Shown here one piece after another: positions 11,201 to 20,101 of a stretch of 64,000 nucleotides of DNA (position 1 is its first letter; the number at the start of each line of letters is the position of its first letter). Location: NCBI GenBank assembly GCA_044378015.1, contig JBILXZ010000003.1, positions 17,931 through 81,930 on the forward strand, written 5' to 3'. The position numbers and the translations under genes are program-made. The notes beneath the pieces were generated by a model. That model made no database searches. It was not told the origin of the DNA and worked only from the letters and a program-made list of their open reading frames with translations. The DNA comes from Tagaea sp. GTDB lineage: Bacteria; Pseudomonadota; Alphaproteobacteria; CACIAM-22H2.

Positions 11201-11898
11201 GCGGCAATCTCGGCCAGAATGCGGTCGAGAGCGGCGCGTGGATCGGCCGCTTGCGTGATCGGTCGGCCGATCACGAGATGGTCGGCCCCCAGATCCATGG
11301 CTTCGCGCGGCGTCATCACGCGCTTCTGGTCGCCCGGTGCCGCCCAGCTTGGACGAATGCCGGGGACCACGAGTTTGAAATCCGGTCCGCAGGCCGCGCG
11401 CAAGCGGGCGATTTCGTGCGCCGAGCAAACCACGCCGTCGGCGCCGGCCGCTTTTGCCGCCAGTGCCAAACGCAGGGCTTGGTCGCCCGCGGGTCCGATC
11501 TGGCCGATCGCGTCGAGATCGGCATCGTCGAGGCTCGTCAGCACCGTGATGGCGAGAATCCGCATGCGGGAAGACCCGCCCCGATCGGCGGCGGCTCGTG
11601 CCGCTGCGATCATCGCGGAGCCGCCGCTTGCGTGAATCGTGAGGAAAGCGGGCGCGCACGCGCTTGCCGCGCGCACGCCGCCGGCAACGGTGTTCGGAAT
11701 GTCGTGGAGCTTCAGATCGAGGAACAAGGGTCGCGTGCCGGCAACGGCGCGCACGCCTGCAGGCCCGTTGGCGACGAAAAACTCGAGCCCGAGCTTCAGC
11801 GCGAAGCCGCCGCTGCCCAATGCCGCCAGATCGGCTGCGGCCTGGGCCGGGTCGGCCCGGTCGATCGCAACGAACACGGACGGCAACGCATCGGCCAT
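11197..11898 (-). CDS. pyrF: Orotidine 5'-phosphate decarboxylase
   Basis: 233 aa. Motifs are FVAIDRAD…LKLGLEFF and DLKLHDIPNT (catalytic Lys region). This matches the pyrF-trpF-trpB-trpA-accD-folC order typical of alphaproteobacteria. Confidence 0.8.
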   Translation of the reverse strand: MADALPSVFVAIDRADPAQAAADLAALGSGGFALKLGLEFFVANGPAGVRAVAGTRPLFLDLKLHDIPNTVAGGVRAASACAPAFLTIHASGGSAMIAAARAAADRGGSSRMRILAITVLTSLDDADLDAIGQIGPAGDQALRLALAAKAAGADGVVCSAHEIARLRAACGPDFKLVVPGIRPSWAAPGDQKRVMTPREAMDLGADHLVIGRPITQAADPRAALDRILAEIAA

Positions 11899-11982
11899 TG
11901 AAAATCACTCCCCGTTGGGCGATAGAAGCGGCCCTTGCCGCCGCTTGGGTATACGCTCGTTGCCTTCAGGATTGCCAGTGAC

Positions 11983-13182
11983 ATGAACCGCTTCAAGACC
12001 CTCGACGATTTCGACTTCGCCGGCAAACGCGTGCTGGTGCGCGCCGACCTGAATGTGCCCATGCAAGACGGGCATGTCGGCGACGCGACGCGCATCGAGC
12101 GCTTCGCGCCTACGGTGCGCGAGCTCGCCGCCAAGGGCGCGCGCACGATCGTGATGTCGCATTTCGGCCGACCGCAGGGGCGCGACATGGCGCAGTCGTT
12201 GGGCCCCATAGCGCCGGTCTTGGCGGCGGCGGTCGGCAAGCCGGTGGCGTTTGCGGCCGACTGCATCGGCGCAGCGGCCGCAGCGGCGGTCGCGACGATG
12301 AAAGACGGCGACGTTCTGCTGCTCGAGAATCTGCGCTTCCACAAAGGCGAGGAGAAAAACGCGTCGAGCTTCGCAAAAGCGCTGGCCGCGCTCGGCGACA
12401 TCTACATAAATGACGCGTTTTCGTGCGCGCACCGCGCCCACGCCTCGACGGAGGGCATTGCGCACTTGCTCCCCTGTGCGGCCGGACGCGCCATGCAGGC
12501 CGAGCTCGACGCGCTGTCGGCCGCACTCGATCGGCCGAAGCGGCCCGTGGCGGCCATCGTCGGCGGCTCGAAGATTTCGACAAAGCTCGATCTGCTGGGG
12601 CACTTGCTGGCACGCGTCGATATTCTGGTGATCGGCGGCGGCATGGCGAATACGTTTCAGCACGCCAAAGGCATCGGAATCGGCCGCTCGCTGTGCGAGG
12701 CCAACATGGCCGAAACCGCGCGGCGCATTCTTGCCGACGCGCAATCGGGCGGCAAACAGATCGTGCTGCCCGTCGATGCGGTCGTGGCCGCCGCGCTGAC
12801 CGACGGCGCCAATGCCCAAACCGTCGCGATCGGGGCCGTGCCCGACGACGCGATGATCCTCGATATCGGCCCGCTGTCGGTCGCCGAAACGCTGCGCGTG
12901 CTTTCGGGCGCGCGCACGCTTGTCTGGAACGGCCCCGTCGGCGCCTTCGAATTCCAGCCGTTCGACAAAGGGACCACGGCGCTTGCGCGCGGCGCCGCCG
13001 ATCTGTGCGCGGCGGGCACGCTTATGGCCGTCGCGGGCGGCGGCGATACGGTTGCCGCTCTCGGCCATGCCGGCGTGGTCGATCGGTTCGACTACGTGTC
13101 GGCTGCGGGGGGCGCTTTTCTCGAATGGCTCGAAGGCAAGGAATTGCCCGGCGTCGCCGCCCTTTACGTGCGCGGCGCTTGA
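11983..13182 (+). CDS. pgk: Phosphoglycerate kinase
   Basis: Starts [26 protein letters not shown]. Has the characteristic motifs FGRPQG and GGGMANTF. Confidence 0.9.
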   Translation: MNRFKTLDDFDFAGKRVLVRADLNVPMQDGHVGDATRIERFAPTVRELAAKGARTIVMSHFGRPQGRDMAQSLGPIAPVLAAAVGKPVAFAADCIGAAAAAAVATMKDGDVLLLENLRFHKGEEKNASSFAKALAALGDIYINDAFSCAHRAHASTEGIAHLLPCAAGRAMQAELDALSAALDRPKRPVAAIVGGSKISTKLDLLGHLLARVDILVIGGGMANTFQHAKGIGIGRSLCEANMAETARRILADAQSGGKQIVLPVDAVVAAALTDGANAQTVAIGAVPDDAMILDIGPLSVAETLRVLSGARTLVWNGPVGAFEFQPFDKGTTALARGAADLCAAGTLMAVAGGGDTVAALGHAGVVDRFDYVSAAGGAFLEWLEGKELPGVAALYVRGA

Positions 13183-13207
13183 TGCCGCATCGAACGCGCA
13201 GCCCGGC

Positions 13208-14431
13208 TCAGTTCAAACGACCGGGCGGCGTTTTGCGGTCGGGTAAGGCGTACATTCTGCGCGTTGGCCCTTCGGCCGGGCTGGAACGCAAGGGCGTTCC
13301 TGCAAGACCGACGTTTTCGTCAAGCCCGCCGCGCGTTTCGCCGCGCCGCCAAGCCGCCACCCGCAACTCCGCCGCCGCCTGATCGATTCTGTCGAAGAAA
13401 GACAGAGCGTCGAAGAGTTCGCCCGTATCGATCTTGGCGCCGGATTCGTCGCCGAGCTGGCGCAAGGACATGAAGAACTCGGTAAACAGCGCTTTTTCGA
13501 TGTGGCAGCCGCGGCACGCGACCGCAAGCGCGCGGCCGCCGGGCTCGTAGAGGCAGCGGCGAGCGGATGCGACCGAGATGCCCGTGAGCTTGGCGAACAG
13601 CGCTTCGAAAAGCGACCTTTCGCCCGCTCGGATCAGCGGGAGCAGCATCTTGAGGTCCTGCACCTCGTTGCGGTCGACCGCGAAACGGATGCGCTGCAGC
13701 GTGCCGTCGAGGGCATTCGCACGTCGCTGGTCGGCCACGACGTCGGCCAAGGCTTCGGCGATGGCTTTGTCGAGCACGAAATGGTCGATCTCGAATTTCT
13801 CGACGATGTAGTGGCGCAAAGCCGCCGAAACCCAGCCGTACATTCGCCCGGCCAAGCGCGGATCCAGGTCGTCGCGCCTCAGCAGCATTTCCTGCAGATC
13901 GCTGTCGGCCTGCGAATTCTCGACGAGGATCTCGAACGTGCCCGCCGCGATCGCCGCCCCGTGGTTCTCGAGCACGGCGCGCACGACGTCCTGCTCGCCC
14001 TGGCGCACAAGCGCGTCGCTGACCGGCTCGGAAATCCTTTCGCGCCGGGCGATGGCAAGCCGGTGCTGGACGGTGCGCGAGCGTGTGACGCTCAGCAGTT
14101 CGGCGTCGTCGAGCAGGCCCGAATGCAGCAAAACGGGCCAAGCGACCTCGATGCGGTCGTTGGCCAGCTGCACGATCAAAGCGCGCGGCGCGACGTCTTC
14201 CTGCGCCAGCCGCTCGGCGAGGCTGCGCCGGATCGGCATCTCGAGTTGGTGCAGCAGCCGCTGCAGAATCTCTTCGGCAAGCTCGCGCTCGCGCGCCGAC
14301 ATGGCGCCCAAATCGGTCCCCAGAATAATGTCGCCCATGCGCGTCGCCAGATCGGCGCGCGCGTCCAGGCGCTTGTCCTGAGCGAGAACCAGCAAGCTCT
14401 GCAAATTTGTGCTGTCGAGTGGCGTGGTCAT
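13208..14431 (-). CDS. DUF2336-like hypothetical protein (alphaproteobacterial)
   Basis: About 407 aa, starting at MTTPLDS. The helical repeat-rich composition resembles the DUF2336 family. Third-codon GC content (GC3) is high, as in the rest of this genome. Confidence 0.5.
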   Translation of the reverse strand: MTTPLDSTNLQSLLVLAQDKRLDARADLATRMGDIILGTDLGAMSARERELAEEILQRLLHQLEMPIRRSLAERLAQEDVAPRALIVQLANDRIEVAWPVLLHSGLLDDAELLSVTRSRTVQHRLAIARRERISEPVSDALVRQGEQDVVRAVLENHGAAIAAGTFEILVENSQADSDLQEMLLRRDDLDPRLAGRMYGWVSAALRHYIVEKFEIDHFVLDKAIAEALADVVADQRRANALDGTLQRIRFAVDRNEVQDLKMLLPLIRAGERSLFEALFAKLTGISVASARRCLYEPGGRALAVACRGCHIEKALFTEFFMSLRQLGDESGAKIDTGELFDALSFFDRIDQAAAELRVAAWRRGETRGGLDENVGLAGTPLRSSPAEGPTRRMYALPDRKTPPGRLN

Positions 14432-14699
14432 TCTCGATTCGGCGCTGTGCCGCGCATCCCCTGGTCCGAAATCTCCTGCACCAACATACAATAGTGTAAC
14501 GCCCGGTGCGGCGCTTACGCCAGCACCACTTTTGCATTATGCAGTGCTTTTCAGCGTGTCGTTGTTTCAGCGCATCATGACTTGCATATTGCAATTTTTC
14601 GTTAACAAGGGAAACTTTTTTTTGAGTCAGAGACGTAAGATTTACCGTTTACACGCCAGTTAACGAAAAATTTATCTAATTTTGCCGATAATAGATTCT

Positions 14700-14957
14700 A
14701 TGAACATTCAAACGGCGACAACTGCAATCGGCAATAGCAGCATCCGTCCGGATCCCGCACGGGTTGGCAGCGGGCGCAGCGGCGCGCCGAATCGCACCGC
14801 GGCGGCCGTATCGGCGGAGTTCGCGCAGAACCTTCCGATTCCGGCGCGCGGATCGGCCTTGGCCGAAGTGCGTCTCGCGATCGCGGCGAATTTCTCGGAC
14901 GAAACAAAACCGGCGCGCAATCTGCCGCGCGGCTCGCTCGTCGATCTCGCCATCTAA
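14700..14957 (+). CDS. Hypothetical small protein (85 aa)
   Basis: An ATG (MNIQTATTAIGN…) lies within track ORF 14682..14957. It is transcribed divergently from the DUF2336 gene across an AT-rich region. No family was recognised. Confidence 0.3.
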   Translation: MNIQTATTAIGNSSIRPDPARVGSGRSGAPNRTAAAVSAEFAQNLPIPARGSALAEVRLAIAANFSDETKPARNLPRGSLVDLAI

Positions 14958-15001
14958 CGCTTGCGCTTCGGCATCCGCACGGCCGACACTGCGCATCGCG
15001 C

Positions 15002-15526
15002 ATGGAAGCGGAAAAACAAGTCGGCCCGACTCTTCGCACGGTGCCCGCAGGCGACAATCGCGAACGCCTCGTGTGCGCCGATTGCGGTTTCGTGCAATAC
15101 GAAAACCCGAAGATCGTCGTCGGCGCGGTGGTGCAGTGGCAGGGCCGCGTGCTCTTGTGCAAGCGCGCGATCGAGCCGCGTATCGGCTACTGGACGCTGC
15201 CCGCAGGCTATCTCGAGCTCGGAGAATCGCCCGTCGAAGGCGCCGTGCGCGAGGCGCAGGAAGAAGCGTGCGCCGAGATCGCCGTCGACGCGCTGCTTGC
15301 GATCTATTCGGTGCCGCGCATCAGCCAGGTGCAGCTCATCTATCGCGCCGCCCTGAAAGCGCCCGAGTTCGGACCCAGTCCCGAGAGCCTTGAAGTCGCC
15401 TTGTTCGCATGGGATGCAATCCCGTGGGACGCGCTCGCCTTTCCCACCGTCGCATGGGCGCTTGCCGCATGGCGGCGCATCGGTGCCGCGCCGGCGTTTG
15501 CGCCCGACGTCAATCCGGCCGATTAA
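15002..15526 (+). CDS. NUDIX hydrolase with N-terminal CxxC zinc ribbon
   Basis: Nudix box GYLELGESPVEGAVREAQEEACAEI, and a 'LVCADCGF' zinc-ribbon motif. Confidence 0.8.
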   Translation: MEAEKQVGPTLRTVPAGDNRERLVCADCGFVQYENPKIVVGAVVQWQGRVLLCKRAIEPRIGYWTLPAGYLELGESPVEGAVREAQEEACAEIAVDALLAIYSVPRISQVQLIYRAALKAPEFGPSPESLEVALFAWDAIPWDALAFPTVAWALAAWRRIGAAPAFAPDVNPAD

Positions 15527-16314
15527 GGCGCTTTGCGCAGCGGCTGCGCCAGCAGCGCGCCGAGCTTCTGGTCCGGCGCACGGTTGAAGATGTCGAGCCC
15601 GATCGCCATGCCGAGCTGGCCGCGTTCGGGTTCGGGGCGAAACGTGCCGAACAGACGGTCCCACCATGGCACCGAGAAACCGAAGTTACTGTCGGTCTCG
15701 AGCTTGTCGCGCGAATGGTGGATGCGGTGCAGATCGGGGGTCACCAGAACGAAACGCAGCGCCCGTTCGAGGCGCGCGGGCATCGCGACATTGGCGTGGT
15801 TGAACATCGAACAGGCATTGAGGATCACCTCGAACGCCAGGACGGCTGCCGCAGGCGCGCCCAGCACGGCGATGACGCCGAGCTTGATCGCGATCGAAAG
15901 CAGGATCTCGGCGGGATGGAAACGCGCGCCGCTGGTGACGTCGAGATCGACATCGCTGTGGTGCACGCGATGCAGCCGCCACAGTACGGGCACGGCATGG
16001 AACAGGCGATGCTGGAAATAGATCGCCAGATCGAGCGCCGCGACGGCGGCGACGAATGCGGCCCAGTCGGGCAAGCCCAGCATCGGCAGCAGGCCCTGCC
16101 CGGACTTCGCATAGATAGCCGCAAATGCGACCGCGCCGCCCGGCAGCACGACGCGCACGACGATCGAGTCGAGAATCGCAATGCCGATATTGGCGGGCCA
16201 GCGGCCCTTGCGCCCCAGCGAGGCGGGCCGACGCGGGGCTGCAACCTCCCACAACGCCATGCCGATCAGCAGTCCGAAAAAAACCGCGAGCCGAATTGAA
16301 GCTTCGTATTCCAT
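15523..16314 (-). CDS. Fatty acid hydroxylase superfamily / sterol desaturase family membrane protein
   Basis: Histidine boxes HRLFH, HRVHH and HRIHH lie among hydrophobic segments. Confidence 0.75.
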   Translation of the reverse strand: MEYEASIRLAVFFGLLIGMALWEVAAPRRPASLGRKGRWPANIGIAILDSIVVRVVLPGGAVAFAAIYAKSGQGLLPMLGLPDWAAFVAAVAALDLAIYFQHRLFHAVPVLWRLHRVHHSDVDLDVTSGARFHPAEILLSIAIKLGVIAVLGAPAAAVLAFEVILNACSMFNHANVAMPARLERALRFVLVTPDLHRIHHSRDKLETDSNFGFSVPWWDRLFGTFRPEPERGQLGMAIGLDIFNRAPDQKLGALLAQPLRKAP

Positions 16315-16376
16315 GCGGCTGTCAAACTAGCGCGCAATTTCGGCCGCACAAGGCCGATTCCGGTTTCGCGGGCCCA

Positions 16377-16415
16377 AAACGGAAGGGGCGCAGAGAGAAG
16401 AACCCTCCACGCCCC
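16377..16415 (-). terminator. Rho-independent terminator-like hairpin (GGGGCG…CGCCCC followed by a U-run) downstream of the tiny Lys-rich ORF
   Basis: The minus strand reads ggggcgtggagggttcttctctctgcgcccc ttccgtttt. Confidence 0.45.
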
Positions 16416-16438
16416 CAAATACACCGAGCAGAAGCCGC

Positions 16439-16489
16439 TTACTTCTTCTTCTTAGCGGCCTTCTTCTTCGCCTTTTTCTTCGCAGCCAT
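16439..16489 (-). CDS. Tiny Lys/Ala-rich ORF (16 aa, MAAKKKAKKKAAKKKK); candidate leader peptide or micro-protein
   Basis: An SD GGAG lies 7 nt upstream of the ATG, and the stop is followed by an intrinsic-terminator-like hairpin. It was found by reading the minus strand and is not in the ORF track because it is under 60 aa. Confidence 0.35.
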   Translation of the reverse strand: MAAKKKAKKKAAKKKK

Positions 16490-16834
16490 GATGTGACTCC
16501 TTGTTTCCGATGGAGCCGGACCCGGCAAGGCACGTTAGCGGACGGAGCGGAGCTGGGTGTTTATCCCTGCACTTTCGACCACTAACGGAGTTGGAGCCCT
16601 CCCTGAACACGATCCGACCATCGACAGAACATCATTTCGAACAAGGGCGTGTCAAGGAAAAACAATATGAGGGGGGTTGACATCGCGCCTTCCACTACGC
16701 GTAGCGGCTTCTGCCGAGTCTTGCGGAAAGGAAAAAACACGACGCTAGATTTAGTAAAGCGCATGCAAGAAACCCGCATAAAATCGAAACAAAGTGAAGG
16801 TCTATGGTCCGCACGATGCGGATGAAATTCGTCT

Positions 16835-17761
16835 CTACTTTTCGCCGTCGACGAGGCCCAAAAGACCCGCGGAAAAATTTTGCGCGTCGAAGGATTTCAG
16901 GTCGTCGATTCCCTCGCCGACGCCGATCAGTACCGTCGGAGTCGCGAATCGATTCGCGATCGCGACCAACACGCCGCCTTTGGCGCTGCCGTCGAGCTTG
17001 GTGACGACCAACTTGTCGACCGCAACGATGCTTTTGAAAGTCTCGACTTGCTGCAGAGCGTTTTGTCCGATGGTCGCGTCGAGAACCAGCATCGTGTCGT
17101 GCGGTGCCGACGGTTCGAGCTTCTTGACCACGCGCACGACCTTCTTGAGCTCCTCCATCAAGTCGGCCTTGTTGTGCAGACGTCCGGCAGTATCGATCAG
17201 CAGCACGTCGATGTCGGCCGCGCGCGCCTTCTCGAGCGCCTCGTAGGCAAGGGCTGCGGGGTCGGCACCCTCCTTGCCGGAGACGACCGCAACGCCGGTG
17301 CGCTCGCCCCAAATCTCGAGTTGGCGCACGGCCGCGGCCCGGAACGTGTCGCCCGCCGCCAGCATCACGGATTTGCCTTCGGCTTTGAGTGCGGCGGCGA
17401 TTTTGCCGATCGTCGTGGTCTTGCCACTGCCGTTGACGCCGACCACCAGCACCACATGCGGTCGGTTCGCGCGATCTGGCGACCATGTTTGGGCGACAGG
17501 CGCGAGAATCGCGGCAATGTCGGCTGCAAGCGCGCGGCGCACTTCGATCGCAGGGGTACCTGCCGGAAACTTGCGCGCGCGAATGCCGTCGACGAGTTTC
17601 GCGGCGACGGCTGGCCCGAGATCGGCCTCGATCAGCGCTTCTTCGAGCGCCTCGAGCGATTCGGCGTCGAGCCGCCCGAGATTGAGTGCGCGACCTATGC
17701 CGTCAACGAGCTTGTCGGATGATTTGCGAAGACCGTCTTTGAGTTTCTTGAGCCAGCTCAT
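16835..17761 (-). CDS. ftsY: Signal recognition particle receptor FtsY (short form, NG domain only)
   Basis: 308 aa. Has the GTPase motifs GVNGSGKTT, DTAGR and TKLD. Confidence 0.9.
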   Translation of the reverse strand: MSWLKKLKDGLRKSSDKLVDGIGRALNLGRLDAESLEALEEALIEADLGPAVAAKLVDGIRARKFPAGTPAIEVRRALAADIAAILAPVAQTWSPDRANRPHVVLVVGVNGSGKTTTIGKIAAALKAEGKSVMLAAGDTFRAAAVRQLEIWGERTGVAVVSGKEGADPAALAYEALEKARAADIDVLLIDTAGRLHNKADLMEELKKVVRVVKKLEPSAPHDTMLVLDATIGQNALQQVETFKSIVAVDKLVVTKLDGSAKGGVLVAIANRFATPTVLIGVGEGIDDLKSFDAQNFSAGLLGLVDGEK

Positions 17762-19008
17762 GCGGCGACACCCTCGGCAGCGCTACCGTCGTGGCCGACG
17801 ATGCGCGCACGCAGCAGCGTGCCTTGTTCAGCACCGTACGCCAGTTTCACGCGCACGCCTTGCGCATCGAGGCCATCGCGCCCGGATTTTTCGACGAGAA
17901 CATCGGCAAAGCCGCCGATTCGCGAGTCGAGATATCGCCCCCGCGCGACCGCGACCGCATCGCGAAGCAGCTTGGCGCGCCGCACAACGACTGCGGGTGC
18001 GACCGGCCGCATGCGCGCGGCCGGCGTTCCCGGACGCGGCGAATAGGCGAAAACATGCGCGGCTGCGAGGCCTGCCTCTTCGACGAGCGAAATGCTCTGC
18101 GCGAATGCGGCGTCGCTTTCGGTCGGGAAGCCCGCGATCAGATCGGCACCGATCGCGACGTCGGGGCGGGCCAAGCGCGCGCGCGCCACCACGTCGAGAA
18201 TCTGCTGGCGGCTGTGGCGGCGCCTCATGCGCTTCAAGACGAGATCGTCGCCGGCCTGCGCCGACAAATGCAGAAACGGCGCAAAGCGCGGCTCTTGCGC
18301 CAGCAAATCGAAGATGCGCGCATCGAGCTCGGCCGGATCGACCGACGACAGGCGCAGCCGGGCCAAACCCGGCACGGCATCCAGGATCGCCGCGCACAGA
18401 TCGCCAAGCCGCGGTTGGCCCGCAAGATCGTAGCCCCATGCCGTCAAATCCACGCCGGTGAGTACTGCCTCGCGCCGCCCGGCGGCGACGGCATCGGCGA
18501 CGCGCGCGATCGCGCGCGTTTGCGGCAGCGAGCGCGACGGGCCGCGGCCATAGGGGATCACGCAAAACGTGCACCGATGGTCGCAGCCCTGCTGGATTTC
18601 CACGAAGGCGCGCGTGCGGCCGGGCGCCGGGGCCGCATCGCTTTCGACGAAATCCTGGCGCACCATGATGTCGGACACGCCGGCCGCACGCATCGCCCAT
18701 GTTTCGGGGGCGAGCTTGTCGCGATTGCCGACGACGGCCGCGACTTCCGCCATCGCCGAGAAGCGCGCAGGCTCGATCTGCGCCGCACAGCCCGTCACCA
18801 CGATGCGGCTCGAAGGATAGTCCCGTTTCAGGCGGCGGATCGCGGCGAACGCGTCGCGCTCGGCTTCCTGCGTGACCGCGCAGCTGTTGACGACGATGGT
18901 CTCGTCGTCGCCCGCGTGGGCCAGCATGGTTTCGATGGCAGCTGCTTCAGCCGCGTTGAGCCGGCACCCGAAATTGACGACGCGCGGCGCCGGGCGCGGC
19001 GCGCTCAT
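17758..19008 (-). CDS. mtaB: MiaB-family radical SAM tRNA methylthiotransferase (MtaB-type)
   Basis: Starts MSAPRPAPRVVNFGCRLN (N-terminal MTTase cysteines). Has the radical-SAM motif CDHRCTFCVIP and a C-terminal TRAM-like region. The ATG overlaps the dapF stop (ATGA). The track's 200-aa N-terminal extension is antisense to dapF. Confidence 0.75.
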   Translation of the reverse strand: MSAPRPAPRVVNFGCRLNAAEAAAIETMLAHAGDDETIVVNSCAVTQEAERDAFAAIRRLKRDYPSSRIVVTGCAAQIEPARFSAMAEVAAVVGNRDKLAPETWAMRAAGVSDIMVRQDFVESDAAPAPGRTRAFVEIQQGCDHRCTFCVIPYGRGPSRSLPQTRAIARVADAVAAGRREAVLTGVDLTAWGYDLAGQPRLGDLCAAILDAVPGLARLRLSSVDPAELDARIFDLLAQEPRFAPFLHLSAQAGDDLVLKRMRRRHSRQQILDVVARARLARPDVAIGADLIAGFPTESDAAFAQSISLVEEAGLAAAHVFAYSPRPGTPAARMRPVAPAVVVRRAKLLRDAVAVARGRYLDSRIGGFADVLVEKSGRDGLDAQGVRVKLAYGAEQGTLLRARIVGHDGSAAEGVAA

Positions 19009-19844
19009 CGCGCCCATGCGCCGGTGAAGGAAAGGGCGACTGGTCCCGCCATCAGCACGTGGCCGTTGGCGAGCCACTCGATGTCGAGCGTGTCGTCGGC
19101 ATTCTCGCTGCCATCGACCACGATGCGCGCCTTGCGGCCCGCCAGCAGACCGCGCCGCACGGCCGCAACCGTCGCTGCGCACGCCCCCGAACCGCACGCA
19201 AGCGTGATGCCGGCCCCGCGCTCCCACACGCGCAAGCGCAGCGTGCTGCCGTCGAGCATTTGGGCCACGCCGATATTGGCGCGCTGCGGGAAGATCGGAT
19301 GATGCTCGAGGCCGGGGCCGAGCGATGCCAAATCGACCGACGCGATGTCGGGCACGAAGAATGTCGCGTGCGGATTGCCCATGCTCGTCGCGACCGGATC
19401 GGAAAGCGGACCCGCGCCGAGCGGCACGTGCAGCGTGTCGACCCCATGGGCCAAAGGAATTTCCTGCCATTCGAGCCGTGCCGGACCCATATCGACTGCC
19501 ACGCGCCCGTTCTTGTCGCGCGTCGCGGCAAGGTCGCCCGCGATCGTCTGGATGCGCAGATCGCTGCGCTGCTTCTCGCGCATCACGAGATCGGCCACGC
19601 AGCGCGTGCCGTTGCCGCAAGCGCCCGCTTCGCTGCCGTCGGAATTGAAGAAACGGAAAAACACGTCGGCCGCCGGGTCGGGCGGGGTTTCGAGCACAAT
19701 CAGCTGGTCGAAGCCAACACCCTTGCGACGGTCGGCAATTGCGCGCACGCGCGCCTCGTCGAGATCGAGGGGCTTTTCGCGCCCATCGACCACGACGAAA
19801 TCGTTGCCCAGCCCGTGCATCTTCAAAAACGGCAGCGCTTCCAT
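19005..19844 (-). CDS. dapF: Diaminopimelate epimerase
   Basis: Starts …KMHGLGNDFVVVD. Has two catalytic Cys regions (GNGTRC, CGSGACA). Confidence 0.9.
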   Translation of the reverse strand: MEALPFLKMHGLGNDFVVVDGREKPLDLDEARVRAIADRRKGVGFDQLIVLETPPDPAADVFFRFFNSDGSEAGACGNGTRCVADLVMREKQRSDLRIQTIAGDLAATRDKNGRVAVDMGPARLEWQEIPLAHGVDTLHVPLGAGPLSDPVATSMGNPHATFFVPDIASVDLASLGPGLEHHPIFPQRANIGVAQMLDGSTLRLRVWERGAGITLACGSGACAATVAAVRRGLLAGRKARIVVDGSENADDTLDIEWLANGHVLMAGPVALSFTGAWAR

Positions 19845-20101
19845 GGCCGGGATATAGGGCCGGATCTGGTCGCTTGTCTATTGCGCCTCGATCATGAACA
19901 CAAAGCGAACAAAATTTGAGAAGGAAGCGGAGGTATATATAGGTGCGTCGCGGAAAGTCCTGTCGGCCGCTTGACGCCTTGGCTGCAAAGACTTAGAACC
20001 GCGCCTGTTCAGGGGAAATTTGGTACCTCTGGGCCTACGGGTCTCCCGCCGTCCGCGAGTGTCGCGCACGGCGGACGCATTGCTTTGTGCTTAAGGGTTC
20101 G

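Noticed and set aside
16490-16834. Possible SRP RNA (ffs), 6S or other structured ncRNA between ftsY and the Lys-rich ORF
   Set aside because: I looked for the conserved SRP domain IV sequence GGAAGGAAGCAGC and found no match. The structure is better explained as a leader for the tiny ORF. A covariance-model search (Rfam/Infernal) would settle it.
19009-19620. 200-aa N-terminal extension of the MiaB-like ORF
   Set aside because: It overlaps dapF antisense and is Arg-rich junk. The radical-SAM protein starts at the ATG overlapping the dapF stop.
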